DNA of 62,651 bases, filler included, from Dirinaria sp. TL-2023a (taxonomy: Eukaryota): NCBI GenBank assembly GCA_051941275.1. It is 10 parts of 10 records of this genome, joined end to end, with 100 filler letters (N's around TTAATTAATTAA, not from the genome) between each part and the next. Parts side by side here need not be neighbours in the genome. Positions count along the whole stretch, not along the records: positions 18,922 to 25,112 come from JAVEBF010001522.1; positions 25,213 to 31,394 come from JAVEBF010001523.1; positions 31,495 to 37,659 come from JAVEBF010001524.1; 7 more parts are not named here. One strand, given 5' to 3'. Position 1 is the first letter of the stretch. The number at the start of each line of letters is the position of its first letter. Both the position numbers and the translations under genes were made by a program. Positions 21,615 through 32,952 of the stretch are shown piece by piece. The notes under the pieces were generated by a model. The model was given only the letters and a program-made list of their open reading frames with translations. It did not search any database and was not told the DNA's origin.

Positions 21615-23822
21615 GGCCGCTTCTAGATTCCGATGGCTGAGTACGTGAGCGAACTCTATCTAGACTGCCAACAACCTAAGTACTCTTCTCCGCGACAAGC
21701 AAGCACGAGTCATGCGTCGCGCTCTGAAAGCCCTTATTGCCGGGTCTAACGATTCGGGTCCGGAGCGGAGCAAGGCGTTCAGCAACCTATGAAGAACCCG
21801 TGTCGTGTACCTGACAGAAGTCTAAACAGCGGATTTGAAGAACCTCTCAGGCAGCAATGGAAGTAAGGCTCTCATGGTACAGTAGAAGGAATCGTGTCTG
21901 TTGACATGGCTGTGTTTATGGGCTTATATGACGCTAGACCCGATCCGGCAGTCAGCAACCGAGCCGAAAAAGGAGTATGTCTCGTATGTCTGTCCAAGAA
22001 TATAAGCGCTTCATAGTTTTGATCGATCTTGTCTCCATCAGCCTTGTTCCTCTCTCCGCATCTTTGTCAAGATGTACATGAAGGCAACAGCATTCGCGGA
22101 ATATGCCTTGCAGGCTACGCCGCGATAAGTGGATCTTCCGCTGAATCTCTCAAGAACTACGTCCAATCAATTTTCTGCAGCACTGAATATTCGGAATTGG
22201 CTTAAGCTTATCGTTGAATAGATCTTTCCTGATATTAGACGTCACGTCCTTGTCGGCTTCTTCATTTGCTGCGCTTAGCTGTATGTTATGCTATTGCCGA
22301 GTGATTTGGATATTGCCTCATATTTCAATTGGCCCACCATGTTCTTTTCGCTGTGCTTGTACGTTGGTACTGTTACGCGTCTACATTCTCAACCGAGGAA
22401 TAGCGTAAGCGGAATTTGCCAGGTGGCAGTGTATGAGCTGACGTCGTGCAGTGCGTGCAGCCCGTGAGCTTGGGGCATTACGCACCTTTGATTCTCCTAT
22501 GATGAATTGCGTCCGAATTGAGCGCTAAGAGTTGCATAAAATACCGCCAATCATGCGATCATGGGGGGTCCGCGATCCTCCCTAATCGAATTTGCAAGTT
22601 TATCCTACAGCACTTCGACATTGTCTGCCTTTGATCTCAACTACGAGCGCTTCAATGTGTCTTCGCGGCGTAGACATAGAGGTTGTACCGGTTTCAAAGC
22701 ATCTATGCACTTTTAGAAGGAACGTTGAAAGAACTACAGCTTATCCATCGAACGTATAGGCAACATAGTTTCATGTCGATCCGAGTGCCAATGCTTTTCA
22801 CTTTCAATCATCCCGTACGATTTTCTACCCACGGCACGCCTGATCATCATGGGACAGTCCCTATTGATCCCTGCTGCGGGTTGAATTGCGTGCTTCTTTA
22901 GGCTATCCATTCCAAATGTATGGTTCCCTTTTTCCGAGTGTTGCCCGATGCTTGCAAGCAATAGAAGCAGTCAGTACTGGCGAACAAGACAACACGACAC
23001 ATGTGACAAAGGCATGCATCCTAAAGGCTGCAAGATTCCCAATGTAACATCTACTTTCCGACTGTGCTCGGGTATAACCATATTTCAGTATGGACGTCTG
23101 GAATCCTGGACTGCATAGGTGTGGAGGGCACCCCGGGCGCAGCTTTGGGACGAAGCATTGGGGCTAGCATTATTCACCGACAGAACACGGCATGGTTGAA
23201 TTACGTCCCGGGCTCGGTCTTGGATTACGGTCTGCTAGAGATTCACAACTTGAAATAGTCTATGAACACACTGGCGGTTGCCGTAAGTGGTTACTTCATT
23301 GAAAGGGTTTGTAATTGATGAATGCAGATCACGTCTCCTGCCAATCATGCTAGAAGTTGCAATCGCCGAAACGGTCCTGGATCGTTGCTTCTAGTAGGAT
23401 TTTGCCGGCAGGTGTGTGGTCAGACACTCGACATAAGGCAACTCCTTTTCTGTTGGCCCGATGAAGCTCAGATGATTGTGCAGCAATTGAGGTCCTCCAG
23501 AGGACGTAGGAAAGATGATGCCTTGAACATTGCCGCTTCTATCCTCGTCTTCATTCGCCGTCACTTTACGATGCTCGAATCATTGGCGCCAGTTGCGGAT
23601 GAAGTTGTCAGTCTATCACTTCCTACAAGGTATAGCCCCCTTCACGTTTTTGAAACGGGTCTTGACCACTATAAAGAGTCTGGCTCAAAAATGTGCTTGT
23701 TGTGGACTTGCAATTTCTTTGTCTTGCTACCGCATTAGTTGCTGTTCGAAGTCAACCAAGACTATCTAAGACTTTTTTTTAGAAACTTTATACTCCTTTG
23801 TTCGAGCCTTATTCTTTCAATT

Positions 23823-25112
23823 ATGTCGCTTGCTAACCCTGCTACGGATCTCACACTTGATAGAAATAGCCGTTCTGCTCGAAATGGGAGCCCGACAATT
23901 AACGAAGAAACCATGGACGACATCTCAGCCTTCAACGATACAGATAGTAGTGATGACGGACATCCGCCGTCGGATAAGGGAAAGAAACGAATGGGCATAG
24001 TGGGCGTTTTTCGGTCGTCTCAGGCTGGCAAGATTGACGCCGAACATGCGATGCGCTCCCCCCGCTGGGCTACCCAACAGCGCAGACCAATATTGAAACA
24101 GACGGTGATAGCACTCTGCGCGATTATTCCTATCGTGTACGTATCTGCTCTGAAAGCTCCTTACAAGGAGCGGAGGACTGACGATACTGCCCATACCAAA
24201 CAGTGTTCTAGCCTCCTTGCTCGCGTACTATGTCCACCATCTCCGCTCTTTGATTCCCCACAACGACATCCAGCGTATCCTCGCATCATGGGGCACTACA
24301 AACACCACCGAAGCAGAGGCCCATTATCCGACAGACTTCAGCCGCGACATTGTTCCAATACCCTGCCACTCCCATAACGACTACTGGCGTAAAGTACCCC
24401 TGTACGATGCCCTTGCAGCAGGATGCACAGGCGTCGAAGCCGACGTCTGGCTGAAATCAAACGACCTCTTCGTCGGACACAACACCAAGTCCTTGACTTC
24501 ATCGCGCACTTTGAAATCCCTCTACATCGACCCTCTGGTTAACATTCTATCACACCAGAACCCGTCAACGGCGTTTACCAAAAACGCCTCCGCCTCCGTT
24601 CACGGAGTCTTCGACACCTCCCCTTCCACCCCTCTCACCCTGCTCATCGACATGAAGACCAACGGAGCATCCACATTCCCCGTCGTGCTCGCGCAGCTCG
24701 AACCGCTGCGCACTCGCGGCTGGCTCACACACTTCAACGGCTCCGCCGTCGTGCCCGGCCTCATCACCGTCGTCGGCACAGGCAATACCCCCTTCAACCT
24801 ACTCTCGTCGAACAAGACCTACCGCGACATCTTCTTCGACGCCCCACTCGACCATATGTCCAGCGAAAACCCACCGCCCGACGCCAATGCCTATACCTCC
24901 CTCAATTCGGACTACGCAAGCGTCTCCTTCGCAAAGGCGTTTGGGAATTTATATCTTGGCATGATGAGGCCGGACCAGGTACGCTTGCTCGGGGCACAGG
25001 TCGCGGAGGCGAAGAAGAGGGGTTTGAAGGCCAGGTATTGGGATACCCCTGCTTGGCCTGTGGGCGTGCGGGATCATGTCTGGGATGTGTTGACGAGGGA
25101 AGGCGTGGGGAT
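23823..25112 (+). CDS. AIM6: Aim6-family PLC-like phosphodiesterase with N-proximal TM segment; 3' truncated
   Basis: PIPCHSHNDYWRKVPLYDAL..GCTGVEADVW, TLKSLYIDPL, LLIDMK, VVGTGNTP, ARYWDTP; intron 24137-24203 restores the frame. Confidence 0.85.
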
Positions 25113-25212
25113 NNNNNNNNNNNNNNNNNNNNNNNNNNNNNNNNNNNNNNNNNNNNTTAATTAATTAANNNNNNNNNNNNNNNNNNNNNNNNNNNNNNNN
25201 NNNNNNNNNNNN
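25113..25212. other. Artificial contig linker
   Basis: N44-TTAATTAATTAA-N44. Confidence 0.99.
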
Positions 25213-25519
25213 GTTGTGGGGTTGCAGGATTGCTGCGGATGGGTTCGCGCGAACGCCGATTGCTTGCTCTGCTAGATGACGACGATGATGCGTCGTCTTC
25301 AACAGAGGCTACCTCTTCAATGTCACTTCCTTCGCTACTGGACTGGTCGAGCCTTCGCTGTCGTTTTCGAGGACGTGGGCCCGATGCGATTCCCGTGCCC
25401 TTTTTCGACTGCGCGGCCTCGGAGTCGTAGCCTGAACTCTCCTTCTCGTCCTCGTTCAAGTCCGAGTCCGAGGCGCTGGGGCTAGCTTCTAGGTATTCGT
25501 TACGTTTTCGGGTCGTCAT
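25213..25519 (-). CDS. ESF2: Pre-rRNA-processing protein Esf2, N-terminal fragment; 3' truncated
   Basis: MTTRKRNEYLE...GYDSEAA resembles filamentous-ascomycete Esf2 N-termini as I recall them; the RRM is not on this contig. Confidence 0.7.
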
Positions 25520-26830
25520 TGCGCAGGATTTAGTGCTGTGCTTGTTGGGTGGAAAAGGGTGAAGAATGTGTGGATAGTGTAGTGGTGGTGATTTTGTTTT
25601 TTGGGGGTTGGAGGTCGAGTTTTGCGGAGCAAAAGTGCCCGAAATGGTTAGGCTGAGTAGGGGGGAACCACTAGCGCCACTTCATCCTCCTCACTATCAT
25701 ACTCGTTTTCATCTCAATGCCGCTCTCTCGTATCTTCTTCCTATCATACTTAATTCTTAACGATTTGTCTGTTTGACAACGGCACTTTCGTGGGGAATCA
25801 ATTCTTCATTACTTCGTTCAACCGCCTTTGCTTGTATGTGAAAACTCGCATCCTGTCAGAATCGAGAAATGGATATACTAAACTCTGAGGCATCAAAGAA
25901 GTTGGATGCATTCTCAGATGAAGGCGAGTAATGGGCAGGCGAGGGAGTATAATGCGTTAGCAGAGAAAGGTCGTCGGGCGACAATGTCGGACCTAGAATA
26001 TATAATGAGAATAATCCCGAGTCTAGTAGATCCAATTGAAAACGCTGGTGATGATGATTGAGCTCCAACCACTCGTATATGCTTGCAAATCCCGGTACCG
26101 GCATGTACTGCACTGCGCTTTCTTGATTCATTTTTTACAAAGTGGATGTATCATTTACGAGTGATAGATCCTTCAGCTCCCATCGCTTAACAGCATGAAC
26201 CAGATTCGTATAGATTGGCTGCTGCCTCTCCATGCTTACTCGATCAAGAGAAATAACAGACATTCCCCTCTTCCAGCCACTGCCTTCACACCCAGTTAAG
26301 TGTTTACCTCTTCACTCATCTTCTTCGTCCGGATCAATTGAAGCTTTTGCATAGATGTTTCAGGTTGAAAATTTTCCCGGGGGGGATTTTTGGGTGGGAA
26401 AGAAGGAAAAAAAAAAACATCTTCTCATAGTGGATATATGCTGTTGTCCAACATCGCCAAATACATGTGGAGGCTGTTATCGTTCTGCCCCTGGGGCATA
26501 AATCCTACCCAGATAGGTTTGGTATGGAAGACGGTGTGCCAGTAGGTAGGGTAGGGTGTTGTGGCGCTAGTGGCTTCCTATTGCTATAGGAAGACAGAGG
26601 CACAGAGCGCGTAGTGAGAGTTGATTAAGAAGTTGGAAAAGAGTAGGACAGAATGAGAATTGAAGTAGTCTTAGCCGGACTTAACATCTTCCTGTATCTT
26701 CACAACGTTCTGCAATACTTTAGAAAGGAAGTGTGTATGTCGTGTTCACTTAATGGGCCTCTCAAGAAAAAGGGCCCGAGATCTTTGGGTGAGCAAATCG
26801 GAAGCCTTGAGCTTTCTACCTTTCTTTAGT

Positions 26831-28482
26831 CTATCCTGGCTGTATTACATCCTCGTCCTCGACATGCAGCTCGTCAAATTCGTCTAGCAGCTCTTCCATA
26901 TCGATCTTCGGTAACTCGTCATCTCCATCCGTCTCATCAGTGTCCGCTACACTAGCTGCTTCTGCCGCATCAATCTCCATCTTCTCTGCTCTTCTCTTTT
27001 CTTGCTGCGCTTTATAAAGAGCCACTGTATTTCGCATTTCCGTGTCCTCCTCCACATCGCGAAGGAACATCTCGAAGTCTTGCTCCATACGCTCTTGATC
27101 CTGTTTTCTCGGGAGCATTTCGCCTTCGTCCCTAGCCATACGCTTGAGTCGCCAATTGCGATTCTTAGAAGATTTCTTCTTGCGAGCATAGTGTTTCTTC
27201 ACAAGAACTACTTCTGGTATTTGCGACGCGTAAGCATTGCTATCTTCTAAGGCTTCAAATTGTGGGTTGTTGAAATTTGTGCCAGTCAGATGGTAGCCCA
27301 TTACCGAATCTCCAGCGTGGAGTACACCACCCAGATGGGTCCGGACAAAGTACGTGGTATCATTGACACCAAGATCCGAAGCGCGGGCCACAGTGGCTTC
27401 GGCAAGAAGGAAGCGACCCTTTGGAGGGCCAACAACCTCTATGTCCATGACGATGAATTCGACGAGCTCTTTTACATCGGCTAATGAGGCGAAGGGCGAA
27501 CGCCAATAAATTGGAGTGGCGACATCTGCGGTGTGCAAGGTGTTGGGGTCGATTAGATTGATAGAGGTGCCGACGCGATAGCAAAGAGTCAAGGGAGCGA
27601 TGTTGCCGATCTGCTTGGCAAGCTTGATGGGCAGCGCCACAAGATCGTCTTTGCATATCGGAATTAACTCGACTGAAAAAGAGAATTTGTAGGACTTGGA
27701 TGAAGTATGAATATCCATCGATATGAGCTCTTGAGATTTCTTAGTGCGGACAGGAGCGACAGATGTCAGGAAATCCACAAATTTCTCAGCATGATTTCTC
27801 TGAGAGAAGAAGAAATCGAGACCATTCTGTGTTTCTTTGATATTGATGGTGTCCTTGTGTGCGGAATGCTTGAGAATGAGTTGTTCGAGATAGAGAAATG
27901 TTCGTTTATGTGGTACTTTTTGGCGGAGTTGAACAACGGCTCGCCATGTATTCGCGGTGAAAGACTTGGCGCAGTCTGGACATTGATGATACGCTACCAC
28001 GTACTCAACCTCGAATGTTTGTTGGAGTATTGACCCCTGGAGAGCCTCTTGCTGGACCGTGATTTTAACCTTGACACGCCTGGAGTGTGGTTCTGTCCAC
28101 AGGAAACTTGCGTCTATTATCCGGACTTTGCTAAGGCCTCTGAGTTTTCTTAAACATAGTGCTAAGAGCTCTCTTGATTCTGGGGCTGCGGTGACCCAAT
28201 GACTTGGTGGTTGGAGCCATCTTTCACAATCCCTGCACATGTGTATTGTCGCCTCTCGTTGTATGCCTTGGGAGATGTCTACAGTGAGTTTGATGCAGTC
28301 GTAGCAGAGCGCGCCTGCTGCGGAAGTCCCATCTATCGGAGCGCCACAATTGCAGCATAGTATACTGAAAGATAATTAGCACAAGCCTGCAAACAAAAGA
28401 ATCACCATTCTGACGTAGCACTGCTTTGCGGAATCGAAGGCCTATGGGCAATCGATACCGGGGCATCAATATCCATAGACAT
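26831..28482 (-). CDS. NMD3: 60S ribosomal export adaptor Nmd3
   Basis: ILCCNCG...CYDC, CRDC, WTEPHSRRVKV, CPDC, VQLRQKVPHKRTFLYLEQLILKH, C-terminal LLDEFDELHV export signal; intron 28365-28414. Confidence 0.97.
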
Positions 28483-28751
28483 TTGCGCAATAGATTGTGG
28501 CGTTTCTCCAACACCTTAAGGGAAATACTATGATTGAAAATATAAGTCACTGAGTCATTGTTGCCTCAAGACACAAATAATAATAATGGGCCAAAAAGTT
28601 CGTCATCTGGGAATTAATAATCGGTCCTCTATATAAGCTCTAGGTAGCCACAACTATTATCTTAAGAGTAGGAGAGTTGACATTACTGATCAGGTCGTCA
28701 GGGGAGGCTCTCGACCCTTTATGGTTTGTCATCTATCCTTTCGTTGCTCTA

Positions 28752-29756
28752 ATGATCCATAGAAGGCTTGGACAGCGGCTTTTGAAGCCTATCCTCCCAC
28801 AATGTCCAAATTGCAACCGCATTGCTATAAGTAACTTCATCAGAGTTCAAACAACATCCATCACCGTGAAGCCTTCTGTATTACAAATATACCCTACTGC
28901 TTCTCGCCACTTTTCAACTTATGGGCCACATGGTTCGGCTCGCTTATCTGGTACAGATGAGCCTCTTGAAGCATCAGAGCAGCCACCAGTGGAGAAGCGC
29001 GAGCAACTAGAGAAGCAAGATGAATTTCGAGAGCCCGTTTCGCAATCGACTTCAAAGCCACCATGGTATCTCCAAGTCAAAATACCGCAGCGTGTTGAAA
29101 ACCCATTATTAGAGCGGCAACGACTTCCTGAACTCCCTCCTGACCCACCCCCACTTATGCAGGCGTTGCTCGAGCATATATCCATCGAGCTTGGTTTAGA
29201 CAATCTGTCGCTTTTGGATCTGCGCCATCTCGACGCTCCCCCGGCTTTGGGATCGAGACTTATGATGGTGATCGGCACTGCTCGTAGCGAGAAGCATTTA
29301 CACGTCTCAGCGGACAGATTTTGCAGATGGTTACGGACTACCCATCAGTTAACCCCTCGCGCCGATGGTCTCCTTGGTCGCGGCCAATTGAGGGTGAAAT
29401 TGAGAAGGAGAGCGCGAAGGACTAGAATTCTCAGTAGAGTGGGTTCATCGGATACCACCAGCCGTGCGGACGAGGGTTTGAGGACGGGGTGGGTGTGCAT
29501 AAATGTGGGTATCATCGAGGACGGTGCCAGACATACAAATGACAGCTCCAAAGACCAGGGGTACGTCGGATTCAGCGACAATAAGGAAGGCGCCATGATT
29601 ATTGTTCAGATGCTCACCCAAGAGAAGCGGGAGGAGCTCCAGCTGGAAAAGTTGTGGAAAGAATGCATAGGGCCGCAGGCGAGGAGAGAAGAGAAGGTTG
29701 TTCAAGTACAAGAGGAGCTTCAGGAAACACCCGAGGCAGAGATAGGGGCGGCGTAG
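28752..29756 (+). CDS. ATP25: Mitochondrial Atp25, N-terminal RsfS-like half only (334 aa)
   Basis: Arg-rich presequence; PWYLQV, LPELPPDPPP, LGLDNLSLLDLR, GTARSEKHLHVSADRFCRWLR, ADGLLGRG, GWVCINVG, IVQMLTQEKREELQLEKLW. Confidence 0.85.
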   Translation: MIHRRLGQRLLKPILPQCPNCNRIAISNFIRVQTTSITVKPSVLQIYPTASRHFSTYGPHGSARLSGTDEPLEASEQPPVEKREQLEKQDEFREPVSQSTSKPPWYLQVKIPQRVENPLLERQRLPELPPDPPPLMQALLEHISIELGLDNLSLLDLRHLDAPPALGSRLMMVIGTARSEKHLHVSADRFCRWLRTTHQLTPRADGLLGRGQLRVKLRRRARRTRILSRVGSSDTTSRADEGLRTGWVCINVGIIEDGARHTNDSSKDQGYVGFSDNKEGAMIIVQMLTQEKREELQLEKLWKECIGPQARREEKVVQVQEELQETPEAEIGAA

Positions 29757-30284
29757 AGAGGAGAACGATCTAGATTTTCAAAGCTACCGGGCGTACAGCT
29801 TCATCTCATAACTTTTCAAGCTCCTTCGAGCTCCTCCAAGAAGCCTCCTAACTGCTCGCAGCCTGTGAACTTAACTCAGAATTTCGCGCAATGAATCGCT
29901 AGGATGTTCGAGACCAGCTGCCAGCCGGAGATAATACTATCAGCCTTCGGGATCTCGAATCTACAATACCCGATATCTGATGTGGGTAGTTGAAAAAAGC
30001 AATGAAGATATATGCGCTAAAGTTTCATGGCGACTCCACTGTTCGAAATTGTTAAGGAGCTTTTCTACACTGTCAGTTCGTCAAGGTCAAGCATACAATG
30101 TTCTTTGATATATTCGAAAAGAGCTTCTACGTGAAGACCAGCAGGAAATATACTTCATGTCTGCACTACCAGCAATCAATTGCATGAAAATTACAAAGCC
30201 AGCCAAAACCATGGGGATTTCAATGTCCAACGAGGCCGTCAGAGAATGGTACCGGTGTACAAGCTTCACGTTTGAGCAGGCAGT

Positions 30285-31394
30285 TCAGGCATCACCTGTC
30301 CAGTACCCATCCCAATTATACTTCAAGCACTCATCGCCCCAAGCCCACCAGCCAGCCGTCAGGTTCCTGGCGAATACCTCCAGCGCTCTATAGTGCCTTG
30401 GGTCCGGCACAAGCGGCTCGACCAGCTCCTTCAAGGATGGCTTCCTGGAATGCAAGTCCGGCACGGCCACTATCAGTTTCTTCTTTACTTTGCCCACTCT
30501 GCAACCCTCAACTTCTACATCCCCATCCATCTGTTGATGCATCCTCTTCCTGCCGAGCATCAAGACCTCATAAGGCTTCCTCCACACCCCACCCAGCTCC
30601 GTCACCGGCTGCCCCATACTCGTCACTTTCAACCACACCCACTCCTCCACCAGCTCAACCCCCCACTCCCGAAACGCAGCCAACGCCGCCTCCCTCACTG
30701 CCGGCTTATTGGTGATCCAGCACCCGACAAGCCCACCAGGGGCAATATGCTGGCCCAGCATCCCCAACGCTCGCATCGGATCCATCATTCCCCCACAATC
30801 CGACTCCACCCCACGAGACTTCATAGTGCTATACCTCCTCGAGCGCCTCACGGAACGATTCGACCACGGGGGATCCAGGAGCACGAAATCGAACTGGCCG
30901 GGCCCAGCCGACGGCGTAGAGTCAGGCAAGAGCGTCAGCGCAGCGGTTGAGAAAGCAGACGTGGTTCGGGGGCCGATGGCGGAGAGGAGGAAGGTGGATT
31001 GTGGAGGAAGCAGATACGTAGCCCGACGATCGAAATGCTGCTCCACCACAATAATCTCGCAGCGCATCGTAGAATCGTGAGGATTGCAGACTGCACGGTT
31101 GACAACCATATCCATAGTAATGCCACCCCCCTCAGTCCTCTCGCTGCCATCGCCAGCGGGCACAACCCATGGCTCTCCGCCATTCCCCCCACCATCCCTC
31201 ACTAAAGCCGGTAAATCAAACTCCCCTCCATCCTTCCTCTTCCTCTTCCTCTCCATACCCAAATCCAACTCCCCAACCCACCTCTCCGCACACCACACTT
31301 CCCCACCATACTCCCCCTTCAAAGCCTCGAATTCCCTCGAAACCCACTCTTCATCTATACTCGCCTGCCCACCACCACCAAGCCGGTCCAGGAC
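30285..31394 (-). CDS. MT-A70 family N6-adenine methyltransferase, METTL4-like; 5' truncated
   Basis: FDFVLLDPPWSNRSVRR, WITNK, EEWVWLKVT..GQPV, RKPYEVL, VPDLHSRKP, LEVFARNL.AGWWAWGDE. Confidence 0.92.
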   Translation of the reverse strand, partial: VLDRLGGGGQASIDEEWVSREFEALKGEYGGEVWCAERWVGELDLGMERKRKRKDGGEFDLPALVRDGGGNGGEPWVVPAGDGSERTEGGGITMDMVVNRAVCNPHDSTMRCEIIVVEQHFDRRATYLLPPQSTFLLSAIGPRTTSAFSTAALTLLPDSTPSAGPGQFDFVLLDPPWSNRSVRRSRRYSTMKSRGVESDCGGMMDPMRALGMLGQHIAPGGLVGCWITNKPAVREAALAAFREWGVELVEEWVWLKVTSMGQPVTELGGVWRKPYEVLMLGRKRMHQQMDGDVEVEGCRVGKVKKKLIVAVPDLHSRKPSLKELVEPLVPDPRHYRALEVFARNLTAGWWAWGDECLKYNWDGYWTGDA

Positions 31395-31494
31395 NNNNNN
31401 NNNNNNNNNNNNNNNNNNNNNNNNNNNNNNNNNNNNNNTTAATTAATTAANNNNNNNNNNNNNNNNNNNNNNNNNNNNNNNNNNNNNNNNNNNN
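31395..31494. other. Artificial contig linker
   Basis: N44-TTAATTAATTAA-N44. Confidence 0.99.
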
Positions 31495-32928
31495 AAAATC
31501 CCCTCCACTAGGCCTATACCGCCTTCCTGTATCTGATGCATGCATGCACTACAATTACGCGTACTCCCGTGCTTCGTTATTTGTAGATATTTGGACCAAG
31601 GCGACTTTTCTCATATGAAAGGGGTTAGTATGACATAATGGGGAGGCAGAAAATAATATCGTAGACATAGAGGGTATAACGATGAGGAATTGTTAGGGTG
31701 GGTGGGTGTGTGTGTGGTATTTGATGATCCTAAACACAGATTCTCGACTTTTGTTTTCTCAAAGTCACCTCTATGTTGGTATTTGTTTGTTACCTGGATA
31801 ATCTGGTCCTTTTCTTTCAGGGGGCGGGGAGGTGGAGGAGCATGGTCAATTCGATCGATCTATAGAGTATGGTCATTTTTGAAAGACGAAATATGAAGAT
31901 AGAACGTCGGACTATATTGATATATATAATCATGAATTCTGTATGTGTAGGGCGACGGGGGGTCATGGAGAAAGAATTACGATCATGATGACAAGGTTCT
32001 CCAAAAAAAAAAAAAAAGAGAAAAAAAGAAGCGCGTTCATTCCACAGCCACACACTCAATCTATACCCCCAGACTCTAAACACCAAGCAAGCATGAAGCA
32101 ACCTGACAGAAACAAATTTCACCTAGCACTGATAAGTGATAAAGCATGCAGCAATAGACCTTGGGAAATCGATCTTTAGAGGCCATGCAATGGATACTCA
32201 GTAGTAATAGTACTGATCGAGCTAGGTACAAAGAGGAGGACCTAAGGTAAAGGTACGTTTGATATGCCGACTGGAGCATCTTAGTAATGCTTAATAAAAG
32301 TGTCTGCACGCCGAAACGGCGCCTGTGGGGCGGTGGCGATGGAATGTATTAGGGTAGGTTAGTTCAGGGTTTTCTATTACCTATACCTAGCAGCCCGGAT
32401 CCTCCCAGAAACAGATACCTTATGTAGATAGGTACCGTAAGTTCAGTGAGAAAAGAATAAATACGGATATCGAATGTAGAAAGTGCCTGCATGTAAGGTA
32501 TTTAATTGAAAATAGCCCCAGGGGGGGAAGGGGTTTATAAAAGACGGGGTGGTGCTAGGGTACCTACCTTACCTTTGATATATAAATATCTTCAAGATCT
32601 TTGACTCGTTTGAAAGTGTTTCAAAACGCTTAATCATTTCTTGAACATATTTGAAGAGACAATTTCCCACGCCGCTTCCCAACCGCTGCAGAGAGGCTTT
32701 CTTCTTCTTCTTCCCATCTTTTCTCCGATTCACAACCCCCTCCCCCTCCACCAATCTCCACACACAGTGCGGCTTTTGTAGACCGGAATAGGTAGGAGTA
32801 CAGCGATACCATCTCTACTAAAGTCTGCACACACACAGACATCAGCGGGATTAATGAAAACCCCACAAGCGTTTTTGACAAGAAAAATAAGGACGTGCGT
32901 CCCTGTCCCTAATCATGGAATCTGCGTG

Positions 32929-32952
32929 GATAGATAGATAGATAGATAGATA
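32929..32952. repeat. (GATA)6 microsatellite grading into GGTA units
   Basis: Directly visible. Confidence 0.9.

Noticed and set aside
21700..23800. Short ORFs upstream of AIM6 as a gene relic
   Set aside because: No recognisable motif or consistent exon chain.
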